A stretch of 64,000 bases of DNA, from positions 58,851-122,850 of the forward strand of contig CAYTXV010000001.1 of the NCBI GenBank assembly GCA_964441495.1, written 5' to 3'. This document shows, in pieces, positions 37,168 through 48,835 of this stretch; positions within the stretch are counted from its first letter, which is position 1, and each line of letters begins with the position of its first letter. The DNA comes from an uncultured Candidatus Saccharibacteria bacterium (GTDB lineage Bacteria; Patescibacteriota; Minisyncoccia; Phycocordibacterales; UBA9973). The notes below the pieces were generated by a model, which did no database searches, was not told the origin of the DNA, and saw nothing but the letters and a program-made list of their open reading frames with translations. The position numbers were made by a program, and so were the translations under genes.

Positions 37168-38550
37168 TTAGCGAATTTTTTCTAGGATTTTCCCAAGTTC
37201 AAACAGAGTCTCTTCATTTCCTTGCGATCCGATGAGTTGTAGTGCGATCGGAAGTCCTGCCGTTGTTGTGCCGCTTGGGATAGAGATCGCGGGGACATGT
37301 GCGATGTTGGCAGGTACAGTGAAGAGATCTGAGAGATACATTGCGATTGGATCAGAAGCTTTTTCACCGATACTAAATGCCGCGGTTGGTGTGGTTGGAG
37401 TGAGGATTGCGTCATATGTCTCAAATGCTTGGGAAAGCTCTTGTTTGATGATGTTGCGCACCGCGATCGCTTTGTTGTAGTAGGCATCATAGTATCCATG
37501 TGAGAGTACGTAGGTACCAAGGAGAATACGACGTCTCACCTCTTTGCCAAAGAGTGTGCCTCGAGTTGCACTATAGAGATCGTGGATTTTCTCTCCTACT
37601 TCACGTGGGCCGTACCGCACACCGTCAAATCGCGCAAGGTTCGATGATACTTCTGCAGGCATGAGGATATAGTAGACCGCAAGTGCGTTCTTGAAGTGAG
37701 GAAGTTCTATCTCATCGATAACATATCCTTGTGCTTTGAGTTTCTCAAGCATTGCTTCAAAGTTTGCTTGCACCTCTTCATCTACACCTCCCGCTGCAAA
37801 TATTCCTTTGGGTACTGCGAGCTTTTTCTTGGAAGCAGTTGAATGAAAAGCTTCAATCGATGTACTGTCGTATTCATCTTTACCTTTGATCACGTCGTAG
37901 ACAATCTGTGCATCCTCTGTCGTGTGTGCAAACGGACCGATCACATCAAGAGATGATCCCATCGCCATGAGTCCGTGACGAGATACTGCTCCGTATGTCG
38001 GCAGAAGTCCCACTACTCCACAAAACGCTGCTGGTTGACGGATAGAGCCGCCCGTGTCAGACCCAAGTGAGACAACTGCAAGCCCCGCCGCAACCGCAGC
38101 TGCAGCGCCACCGGATGACCCGCCAGGAACTTTGGTTTCATCGAGAGGATTTCGTGTCACACCATATGCAGAGTTTTCGGTACTTGAACCCATCGCAAAT
38201 TCATCCATGTTGGTCCGTCCGATGATGATTGCGCCCGCCGCACGAAGCTTGGCAATAACAGTCGCATCATAACTCGCGACATACCCTTCCAGGATTTTGG
38301 AAGACGCGCCAGCGTGGTGTCCGGCAAACAATATGTTGTCCTTAATCGCAATCGGCACACCCGTAAGCGCAGTGCCTTTTCCTGATTTCAAAAGTTCTTC
38401 TGCGGCAAGTGCTTGTGCTTCGATATTATCAAATACTTCTCGAAAAATATTGCGAGTATCAGCACGCGCCTTTGCTTCGTATTCTTTTGCAATGTCGAGA
38501 ATACGTGTGCCGCTTTGGATTCTGTGTTGGATGTCTTTGATAGTTTCCAT
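37168..38550 (-). CDS. gatA: Asp/Glu-tRNA amidotransferase subunit A
   Basis: GVPIAIKDN, PGGSSGG, GSDTGGSIRQPA, SSNLARFDGVRYG. Confidence 0.97.
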   Translation of the reverse strand: METIKDIQHRIQSGTRILDIAKEYEAKARADTRNIFREVFDNIEAQALAAEELLKSGKGTALTGVPIAIKDNILFAGHHAGASSKILEGYVASYDATVIAKLRAAGAIIIGRTNMDEFAMGSSTENSAYGVTRNPLDETKVPGGSSGGAAAAVAAGLAVVSLGSDTGGSIRQPAAFCGVVGLLPTYGAVSRHGLMAMGSSLDVIGPFAHTTEDAQIVYDVIKGKDEYDSTSIEAFHSTASKKKLAVPKGIFAAGGVDEEVQANFEAMLEKLKAQGYVIDEIELPHFKNALAVYYILMPAEVSSNLARFDGVRYGPREVGEKIHDLYSATRGTLFGKEVRRRILLGTYVLSHGYYDAYYNKAIAVRNIIKQELSQAFETYDAILTPTTPTAAFSIGEKASDPIAMYLSDLFTVPANIAHVPAISIPSGTTTAGLPIALQLIGSQGNEETLFELGKILEKIR

Positions 38551-38555
38551 ATAAC

Positions 38556-38831
38556 TTACTCGGTAATAACCTTAGGAACTTTTACAAAATGATCTTGGTG
38601 AAGTGCCGCTGCTTCGACCAAGTCATGTGCAGGTGCAATAGGTGCGACGGTATCATCGCGAAATACATTAATCTCAGATGTCTTTGCTTCTGCAGTATCG
38701 ATCTGTACCTTTTGAATCTCATCTACAAATCCCAAGATCGTCCCCATCTCGCTCGCTACCTGCGCAAGCTCTGCCTCAGGCACATCAAGTCGTGCCAAAT
38801 GTGCCAATTTCTTTACCTGTTCGATATCCAT
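38556..38831 (-). CDS. gatC: Asp/Glu-tRNA amidotransferase subunit C
   Basis: VKKLAHLARL...NVFRDD...FVKVPKVI; directly upstream of gatA. Confidence 0.94.
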   Translation of the reverse strand: MDIEQVKKLAHLARLDVPEAELAQVASEMGTILGFVDEIQKVQIDTAEAKTSEINVFRDDTVAPIAPAHDLVEAAALHQDHFVKVPKVITE

Positions 38832-38922
38832 AGTGCATTTACTATAGCAGAATACCGGCATTTTGAGGATGGTATTGACTTATATGTTTAAAAGTAGTAT
38901 AATTAAAACAAGTTAAAGTACA

Positions 38923-39192
38923 ATGAAAAAAGCAGCTATTTGGGGTCAAGCAACCAAAATAATAGTCATTATATATGTAACTATTGGTGGTGGATATGAA
39001 ATTTACTCAGGTATCATTACCCGCCATATGCATTCAAGTTTCATATTTGCATTTCTTTCCGGCTCTATCTTTATTGGAAGAATAGGATACGGAATAACAT
39101 CAGGTGCAAAGAAAACAGTTCCTGCTGATATTTACGGATTGATTGTAATGTGGACAATTGCTGGCATGAGACTATATTTTGACGGTTTCTAA
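38923..39192 (+). CDS. small AT-rich membrane protein
   Basis: Three hydrophobic segments; own promoter TTGACT-17-TATAAT (38875-38903) and a terminator at about 39211-39240. Confidence 0.6.
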   Translation: MKKAAIWGQATKIIVIIYVTIGGGYEIYSGIITRHMHSSFIFAFLSGSIFIGRIGYGITSGAKKTVPADIYGLIVMWTIAGMRLYFDGF

Positions 39193-39238
39193 TAAACTCC
39201 TAAAAATTTTAACAAAGCTTTCTTAAAAGCTTTGTTTT

Positions 39239-41692
<2,454 letters not shown>

Positions 41693-41708
<16 letters not shown>

Positions 41709-42337
41709 GGCGTGAGAGTGATTGATTGAGTTGCTGATTTGGGATTGGTACCGTTGAGCCAATCCATGCGCGCAGTGACGATGAGTTGTTCCACACCATC
41801 TACGGTAACAGGTTCCATCTTGATAGTACGTACAAACGATGTTTCATATGGCTGAGCCTGTTGTGGATCTAGGTTGAGATCCTCAAATGTATTTGAATTC
41901 AAAAATCCATACCCATAAAAGCCTGCAGCTGGAAAATAATTTAACTTCGAGCAACGACCGTTGCATGCAACTACTCTATCAAGATCGTTTCGAGCATAAG
42001 GGTTCACGATGCAGCCGTCAGGATTGTTGGTCACCACACAGTTACGACCAAAGTCGCGACTAGGATCATTGAGCCACGCAGACCAGTTAGCGCCTTGTGG
42101 GAGACTAGGATCAGTATTTTGATTTTGCGCGGCAGTATCACGCGTATTTCTGATATACTCGAGCGACTCTTGGAGGAGATTTGCTGCAACAATATCGTTT
42201 TTGGCATAGCGGATAGAGAAGAATCCTCCTGCAGTGAGTGTGAGTAGTGCCCCAATCGTGAGCGCAAGGATAAGTATCGCGATGAGTGTCTCGATGAGTG
42301 TAAATCCTGATTGTTGTATGTTGTGTTTGTTGTTCAT
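41693..42337 (-). CDS. PilV-like minor pilin
   Basis: SG|FTLIETLIAI; LLQESLEYIRN. Confidence 0.85.
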
Positions 42338-42342
42338 AGATA

Positions 42343-42960
42343 TTATGTTCCTACACTAGGCTCTGGAGTACGCTGCGAGAGTAGTGTCTGTATCGCAAAC
42401 GGAACCGATGTGCCGCCTTGCACCGACGCAACTCCTTCAAGTTTTATGATAACACTCGGTTGTTCTCCGTCAGTATAACTTGCACCACTAACATAAAAAC
42501 GCATGTTTTCGATGCTGATCTCTGGAGAAGTGATCGCTATCCATGACCCTGGAGCACCGGGTCCACTCGTCGGATCTCCTACTACCAGAAACGGTGTGTT
42601 TCTTTTATATATTGCCCCGTTTTCAAATTTGTATTCAACAATCTGGCTTTTGCCGAGCGTACTGTGCATCGAGATATTTGCCGTACCTGCACCACTTATC
42701 CCTATTGGGCAACTTACCTCGCGAGCACCATCTATCTCACTACCACAGGTGATATCTTCACTCGTCTTGATATTGCGACTCATCGACTCCATCGCAAAGT
42801 TGATGTTGTCCATGACGGTACGCATCGCTTGGACACGCTTGGATGCATCGTTGACAGTATAGAGCGATCCGACGAGCGCAAGTACCACGATGATAAAGAG
42901 CGAGAGCGATACCATGAGCTCGACAAGTGTAAATCCTGATTGTGAAGAGTGGTGCTTCAT
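42343..42960 (-). CDS. PilW-like minor pilin
   Basis: SG|FTLVELMVSL. Confidence 0.85.
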   Translation of the reverse strand: MKHHSSQSGFTLVELMVSLSLFIIVVLALVGSLYTVNDASKRVQAMRTVMDNINFAMESMSRNIKTSEDITCGSEIDGAREVSCPIGISGAGTANISMHSTLGKSQIVEYKFENGAIYKRNTPFLVVGDPTSGPGAPGSWIAITSPEISIENMRFYVSGASYTDGEQPSVIIKLEGVASVQGGTSVPFAIQTLLSQRTPEPSVGT

Positions 42961-42964
42961 ACAA

Positions 42965-43630
42965 CTATTGTACGCTGATCTGTCCGGTAGACCAAACAGT
43001 CACTGAGCGTTTGAGACCTTTTGCTGACTCAAGGTTAAGTGTGACATAAGGGATGTCACAGAGATATTCAGCTGTATTTGATCTCATGCAGATAACTGCA
43101 TCAGGGCTTGGTCGTTCAAACGTGATGGCAACGTCTGCGTCATCAGTAAAGCATGCAGGACGACTACCACTTACTACAACAGCACAGATACTTGAGATCT
43201 TGTCTGCAGTCGTGATAGTGAAGCTTTCAAGGCATTCGTCATCAGGTGCAGGATTGCCGCACTGTGTACCTTTTTCGTATAGGTTTTGACCGTTACTACC
43301 TGTTTGTGCAAAGAGTACAAACTGCTTGGGTCCTGGCGTCATAGGATCTGGCGGAGTAAGCGGGCCATCGACAGCGAAACTAATGCCGTACCCAGGAAAT
43401 GTCTGACTATCGACACCACTGAGTCCTTCGATTGGGCGTGCACTTGTTGCATAGGTTTGTGCTTTGCGGATAGAGAGCGCGACTTCTTGCGCGAGGTTGC
43501 GCACTGACACATTGGTGCTAAAGTCTGAGTAGTTGAAGATGATCACACTCGACACCGCAGCGATAATCGCAACGACGACGATCATCTCGATGAGTGTCAC
43601 ACCTGCTTGTAAGGGGTTCTTTAGTGCCAT
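42965..43630 (-). CDS. FimT/GspH-like minor pilin
   Basis: AG|VTLIEMIVVVAI; IRKAQ; C-terminal TGQI. Confidence 0.82.
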   Translation of the reverse strand: MALKNPLQAGVTLIEMIVVVAIIAAVSSVIIFNYSDFSTNVSVRNLAQEVALSIRKAQTYATSARPIEGLSGVDSQTFPGYGISFAVDGPLTPPDPMTPGPKQFVLFAQTGSNGQNLYEKGTQCGNPAPDDECLESFTITTADKISSICAVVVSGSRPACFTDDADVAITFERPSPDAVICMRSNTAEYLCDIPYVTLNLESAKGLKRSVTVWSTGQISVQ

Positions 43631-44412
43631 ACTGGAAAGAGTGATTGTATTGTAACACCCCACAGCACTACGATACAAAGTCCGATGATGAGAAATGGCC
43701 CAAATGCAATCTCACTCTTCATCCCGTAGCGACGCGAGATACCGATGAGGAGTAGTCCAACGATTGCTCCAATCCAAAACGCAAGGAGTACTGCAGTAAA
43801 TCCTTGTACAAGTCCAACAAGCCAGCCGATCGCAAGTGCAAGCTTCACATCACCAAACCCCATCGCTCTGCCTTTGGAGAAATACCATAATGCAAAAAAC
43901 GGAAGTGTAACGATCGTCCCCTCAAGGATGCGTCCCCATGGCAAAAACAGTGGATCCTGCACTGCGCTCCAGATGATCGATGCAAATGCAAGTAGTATCA
44001 GCGGGTACACCACGGTATCGGGGATAATCTTGTGGCGAAGGTCATAGACAGTGATCACGATAAGCAGGGACGCAACCGTTGCAGCAAATCCCCAACTGAT
44101 GAGCGCGTACATGCTCAATCCACCAATCAAGAACTTGGTGTACAGAAGCACAAACACAATCGCAGTCACGAGCTCGACGATCGGGTACTGCACCGAGATA
44201 TCTCTGCGACAGGTGCGACACTTGCCACGTAGTCCGATGAACGAAAACACCGGGATGAGCTCATACCAGCGGAGCGTATGGTTGCAGCGTGCGCAGGCAC
44301 TGCGCCCAGTGACGACAGATCGCCCCGTGTTGAGACGCAGTATAACAACGTTGAGGAAACTCCCTACCAGGAGTCCGAGTGTAAATACAAGTAATGGGAT
44401 AAATATAAGCAT
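43621..44412 (-). CDS. pilD: prepilin peptidase
   Basis: GSFLNVVILR, two CxxC pairs, YDLRHKIIPD, MGFGDVKL, FGPFL. Confidence 0.95.
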   Translation of the reverse strand: MLIFIPLLVFTLGLLVGSFLNVVILRLNTGRSVVTGRSACARCNHTLRWYELIPVFSFIGLRGKCRTCRRDISVQYPIVELVTAIVFVLLYTKFLIGGLSMYALISWGFAATVASLLIVITVYDLRHKIIPDTVVYPLILLAFASIIWSAVQDPLFLPWGRILEGTIVTLPFFALWYFSKGRAMGFGDVKLALAIGWLVGLVQGFTAVLLAFWIGAIVGLLLIGISRRYGMKSEIAFGPFLIIGLCIVVLWGVTIQSLFPVWH

Positions 44413-44416
44413 ATAA

Positions 44417-44953
44417 TTATAAACACCGAGCGCCGGTGGTAGTAAACAGTCCACTAGCATTTGCAGTAACTGGGGAGTTTTGCTGTTTTGCAATTCCCTG
44501 TGCATCGACACACCAAGACTTGGTTGGGTCTGATTTGAGTGTCACCGCAACAGCCCAATCAGTGCTCGTACTAGTACACGCAGTATTCCAATAGATGTGT
44601 GTTGCTGCTCCTCCTGACTGCTTATTTGCTTCCGCAATAATCTGATTTATTTTGACCGACTGAGGAGAAGCTGCTTTTTGGAATATATTATCATCGGCAC
44701 TAAGGTTAACTGGGCAATACCCTCCTGGATTACCAGTATTGGGGTATGGGACTGATCCAAAACTCCCCTGATCGATACTATAAAGCTGCCCTTCAGTTCT
44801 GATTTGCGCAAGACCTGCTTTGATGTTTGCATCAGCTGCTTTGTCGCGAGCAGAACGAAGTGACGCAAGCACCACAGACGCAAGGATACCAATGATTGCG
44901 ATCACCACGAGGAGTTCGATGAGGGTGAAGCCTTTTTGATAAGGTGATTTCAT
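44417..44953 (-). CDS. type IV pilin (copy 1)
   Basis: KG|FTLIELLVVIAIIGILASVVLASL; C-terminal WCVD...C. Confidence 0.92.
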   Translation of the reverse strand: MKSPYQKGFTLIELLVVIAIIGILASVVLASLRSARDKAADANIKAGLAQIRTEGQLYSIDQGSFGSVPYPNTGNPGGYCPVNLSADDNIFQKAASPQSVKINQIIAEANKQSGGAATHIYWNTACTSTSTDWAVAVTLKSDPTKSWCVDAQGIAKQQNSPVTANASGLFTTTGARCL

Positions 44954-44980
44954 ACAACACAAAGTATATCACCGCCCCAA

Positions 44981-45012
44981 AACAAAAAACACCCCGAAGG
45001 GTGTTTTTTGTT
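44981..45012 (-). terminator. intrinsic terminator after pilin copy 2
   Basis: AACAAAAAACACCC-CGAA-GGGTGTTTTTTGTT. Confidence 0.8.
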
Positions 45013-45036
45013 TTGAGATTCGAAAAATAGCCCTGA

Positions 45037-45498
45037 CTAGTTACACGCGGTAAGATTAGCTGTAACAATAGTTCCATTTCTTGATGCACCAGTACTATCT
45101 ACACAGTAGAATGTTGTTGGTGCAGTTTTTAATGGTACTGCTGCTGCCCATGCACTAGCACTGTCATTACAAACAGCTACGGGTGTAGTTGTACTTGTGG
45201 CACCTGTAGCAACTGTTGCTGAGTTCCCAAGAGATGTTACTGCTGCTGCCGCTATTAATGCTTTGATTCCACCGGTTGTAGCGGTACACACACCGGTATA
45301 TGTTGATGTTGTACCGTTATCATAGAACAACTCTGCCTGCGCACGAGCGTTTGCAAGGTTTGCTTTGATGTTTGCATCAGCACCCTTTGCACGTGCAGTG
45401 TTGAGTGACGCAAGCACCACAGACGCAAGGATACCAATGATTGCGATCACCACGAGGAGTTCGATGAGGGTGAAACCGCCTTTAAAATTCTTTTTCAT
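45037..45498 (-). CDS. type IV pilin (copy 2, probable major pilin)
   Basis: GG|FTLIELLVVIAIIGILASVVLASL; has its own upstream TATACT box and a terminator. Confidence 0.93.
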   Translation of the reverse strand: MKKNFKGGFTLIELLVVIAIIGILASVVLASLNTARAKGADANIKANLANARAQAELFYDNGTTSTYTGVCTATTGGIKALIAAAAVTSLGNSATVATGATSTTTPVAVCNDSASAWAAAVPLKTAPTTFYCVDSTGASRNGTIVTANLTACN

Positions 45499-45594
45499 AA
45501 ATGAAATCTAATCAAGATAATTGATAATAATCGATTATTACAAATGTCTTTGTAACGCCTTACAGTATAGCATTCTTTCAGGTATCCCTAGAAG

Positions 45595-46125
45595 TTATTC
45601 ACAAACCCCAGCTCGAGGACAAGTATTTGGTGGCTGCTCTACTCGCGTGCAGTTTATTGCCATATTATCAAGTCTTTGAATATATGCTTGGGCTCTACCA
45701 CTACTATCTATGCACCAGCCTCCGGGATATACTGATTTAATTGCTCCATAAATAGTGTATGAGGAAGTAGGTGTTGTTGTTATATTTATACGAACAAAAT
45801 TACCTGGTTCTGCGTTTCTCTTTGCCATGTCTGTAAGCATTGCAAGTATGGTTTGATCATTTAAGATGGTACACCCTCCTAATACGCTACCAGTAGAACT
45901 AACCTGACACCAATCTGCAGTTCCATAATCTTTATTGGTATCATAATAGTTTTCCATTTGCGTGCGCAGTTGACTAAATGTTGACTTAATGGCAGCGTCA
46001 GCACCCTTGTTGCGTGCACTATTGAGGCTCGCAAGCACCACAGACGCAAGGATACCGATGATTGCGATCACCACGAGGAGTTCGATGAGGGTGAAACCGC
46101 CTTTAAATTTAAAATTCTTTTTCAT
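45595..46125 (-). CDS. type IV pilin (copy 3)
   Basis: GG|FTLIELLVVIAIIGILASVVLASL; WCIDSSG. Confidence 0.92.
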   Translation of the reverse strand: MKKNFKFKGGFTLIELLVVIAIIGILASVVLASLNSARNKGADAAIKSTFSQLRTQMENYYDTNKDYGTADWCQVSSTGSVLGGCTILNDQTILAMLTDMAKRNAEPGNFVRINITTTPTSSYTIYGAIKSVYPGGWCIDSSGRAQAYIQRLDNMAINCTRVEQPPNTCPRAGVCE

Positions 46126-46138
46126 GATGTTGCAGAGA

Positions 46139-47347
46139 TTAGCTGATACCACTTGCGATGTTGTAGATAGGGACGAGGATAGAGACAAGGAGGAGTCCAA
46201 CCCCCACACCGAGCGATATGATCATGAACGGCTCAATGAGTCCGACGAGTGTATCGACTGCTTCGTCGACTTCTCGGTTATAAAACTTTGCAAGCATTTT
46301 GAGGATAGAACCCATCGAACCGGTTTCTTCACCGACGAGGATGATCTGCGTCATGATCTTGGGGATCTCGGTTGGGTGCACAGAGAGTGCTTGTGAGAGT
46401 GGCTTACCAGCCTTCACAGACTCCATGGCGTCCAGCATCACTGCTTGGTAGCGCTTGTTGCCAACGACAGTTGCCGTGATCTCTATCGCGCGGATGATCG
46501 GGATACCTGATGAGAGCATCGTGTCCATGTTGTCAGCGATACGCGCCAAGTAAAGCTTCTGATAGAGGTTGCCGACAACAGGGATGCCGAGACGTGCTTC
46601 ATCGAGCACTTCTTTACCGCGTTTGGTACGCGAGAGTTTGATGAGATAACCCGCGAGGATCACGACACCGATCAAGAGAAATATCCCGTACTGCACGAGG
46701 AAGCTTGAAACTGCCATGACTATCTTGGTATAAAATGGTACATCTTGTCCGGACTCTTGGATGATCGCAGAGAGTTTGGGAACAACAACAGTAAACATGA
46801 GGATCATCACTGCGATAAATATACCGATGACGAACGCCGGGTACACAAGCGCATGCTTGGTCTTGGACGTGAGGGCGTACTGACGATCGAGGTAGTCTGC
46901 CATGTAGGCAAATACCTGGGTGAGCTTACCACTCTCCTCTCCGGCTTTGACCATGTTGACATAAAAGTCTGAGAACACATCAGGGTGCTTGGCAAGTGCT
47001 GCAGCGATAGCAGATCCTGCCTGCAAATCAGAGACGATTTGTTGGAGTTTACCAGCAAGCAGTTTGTTCTCAGTATTGTCCGCAAGGAGTGAAAATGCTT
47101 TGAGTGCAGACACCTGAGCATCAAAGAGTGTTGAGATTTGTCGCGAGAGGATCACGACTGACTTCATCGGGATCTTTTCGTAGATAGAAAGTTCAAACCA
47201 TTTCTTTTGCTCCTTTTCGTCTTTGATACTGGTGACGATGAGTCCTCGACGCTGGAGCCCTGCCACAGCAAGGTCACGATTGACCGCTTCGATCACTCCT
47301 TCTCGTTTCTCTCCTGCAGTAGTAATGGCTTGGTATTTGAAATTCAT
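46139..47347 (-). CDS. pilC: type IV pilus platform protein
   Basis: Two GspF domains; AGEESGKL, LVYP, VGEETG, LIEP. Confidence 0.95.
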   Translation of the reverse strand: MNFKYQAITTAGEKREGVIEAVNRDLAVAGLQRRGLIVTSIKDEKEQKKWFELSIYEKIPMKSVVILSRQISTLFDAQVSALKAFSLLADNTENKLLAGKLQQIVSDLQAGSAIAAALAKHPDVFSDFYVNMVKAGEESGKLTQVFAYMADYLDRQYALTSKTKHALVYPAFVIGIFIAVMILMFTVVVPKLSAIIQESGQDVPFYTKIVMAVSSFLVQYGIFLLIGVVILAGYLIKLSRTKRGKEVLDEARLGIPVVGNLYQKLYLARIADNMDTMLSSGIPIIRAIEITATVVGNKRYQAVMLDAMESVKAGKPLSQALSVHPTEIPKIMTQIILVGEETGSMGSILKMLAKFYNREVDEAVDTLVGLIEPFMIISLGVGVGLLLVSILVPIYNIASGIS

Positions 47348-47360
47348 AGGTTAGATTTGA

Positions 47361-48419
47361 TTATAGCAAGCGCTCAAGGTTCTTGGGGTTGAGTGAGTAT
47401 GCGTATGCGTTCTCTATCGTGATTTCACCTTGGCGCACGAGCTCGATGAGTGAACGGTTCATATCGACCATCCCCTGTTCAAACCCTGTCTCGATCACCA
47501 TATCTATCTCATGGGTACGCTTCTCGCGGATGAGGTTGGCAACTGCAGGAGTGTTGATAAGGAGTTCATATGCTGGGATACGTCCACCAGCAACGCGCGG
47601 CACAAGTCGCTGCGAAAAGATACCGATGAGTGAGGACGCGAGCTGAACACGCACCTGATCCTGCTGAGCCGCTGGAAACGAGTCGATGATACGATCGATA
47701 GTTTGTGATGCGTTGTTGGTGTGAAGCGTCGAGAGAACCAAGTGTCCTGTCTCTGCTGCAGTGACGGCAGCAGCGATTGTTTCTGGATTTCGCATCTCGC
47801 CGATAAGGATAGCGTTGACGTCTTGGCGAAATGCTCCGCGGAGCCCTGCTTCGAAACTTGCGGTATCGATACCGACTTCGCGCTGATCGATGATTGCCTT
47901 TTTGGGTTCGTACACGTACTCAACAGGATCTTCGATCGTGAGAATGTGTGCTGCACGCTCTTCATTGATGACGCCAACCATCGATGACATTGTCGCGCTT
48001 TTACCTTGCCCCACAGGACCAACTACAAGGAAAAACCCCTGTCGCTTGCGTGCAAACTCAGCAAGGATTGGTGGCAGATTGAGCTCTTGGAGTGTTTTGA
48101 CATGGGGGATAAGTCGAAGCACCATCGAGTATTTGTTTTGTTGTACAAAGACGTTGCCGCGCAATCGAATGTGTCCTTGGTATTCGTACGAAAAATCAAG
48201 CTCTTGAGTATCGACAAAGTGTTTGTAGTGCTCAGGACTCAAGATAGCCTGGATGATGCCCTCCATGTCAGCTTGCGTCAGAGCTTGCCTGTTCATGAGA
48301 AAGATAAGCTCGCCGTTGACGCGCACTGCTGGGAACCGCCCAGTCGAAAGATGCAGATCTGAACCATCTTCTCGGATGAGTGTCTCAATCAATTCTTCAA
48401 ACGTCTTTTTATACTCCAT
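47361..48419 (-). CDS. pilT: type IV pilus retraction ATPase
   Basis: SDLHL, GPVGQGKS, TIEDPVE, GEMR, STLHT, ANLIRE. Confidence 0.95.
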   Translation of the reverse strand: MEYKKTFEELIETLIREDGSDLHLSTGRFPAVRVNGELIFLMNRQALTQADMEGIIQAILSPEHYKHFVDTQELDFSYEYQGHIRLRGNVFVQQNKYSMVLRLIPHVKTLQELNLPPILAEFARKRQGFFLVVGPVGQGKSATMSSMVGVINEERAAHILTIEDPVEYVYEPKKAIIDQREVGIDTASFEAGLRGAFRQDVNAILIGEMRNPETIAAAVTAAETGHLVLSTLHTNNASQTIDRIIDSFPAAQQDQVRVQLASSLIGIFSQRLVPRVAGGRIPAYELLINTPAVANLIREKRTHEIDMVIETGFEQGMVDMNRSLIELVRQGEITIENAYAYSLNPKNLERLL

Positions 48420-48801
48420 GTTGGTTTATGACTTCTTGCACGTGAGCGACGACCTCACTTGGTGTAGCGTTTGCTTTGACGATATAACTTGCTGCGCCGA
48501 GTGACTTGCCACGAGCGATATCTTGGTCTTGCCCAAGGTTTGAAAGATAAATCTTGATAGTAGACTTTGCGAGACCTTCTGCGTTTATCTTTTCAAGGAG
48601 TTCAAATCCGTCTGTCCCAGGCATCACCACATCAAGGAGCATGATATCAGGAACAAGTCCTCCACGAAGTTTCTCGAGCGCTTGATCAGCATTACTTGCA
48701 GTCTGTACGTCATATTTCTCTTGAGAGAAGCGCATGGCATACATGTCGAGCAAGAAACTGTCGTCATCAACAATTAAAATAGTTTTTGTATTTGCATCCA
48801 T
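48409..48801 (-). CDS. single-domain response regulator
   Basis: ILIVDDD, LLDVVMP, LSN, YIVK. Confidence 0.9.
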   Translation of the reverse strand: MDANTKTILIVDDDSFLLDMYAMRFSQEKYDVQTASNADQALEKLRGGLVPDIMLLDVVMPGTDGFELLEKINAEGLAKSTIKIYLSNLGQDQDIARGKSLGAASYIVKANATPSEVVAHVQEVINQHGV

Positions 48802-48835
48802 ACGCCTTAGTATACTCTGCTTCCCCTGTATCCGT

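Noticed and set aside
45333-45343. CTGCCTGCGCA, resembling half of the 18-bp palindrome
   Set aside because: It encodes part of the conserved RAQAE of a pilin and the second arm is absent.
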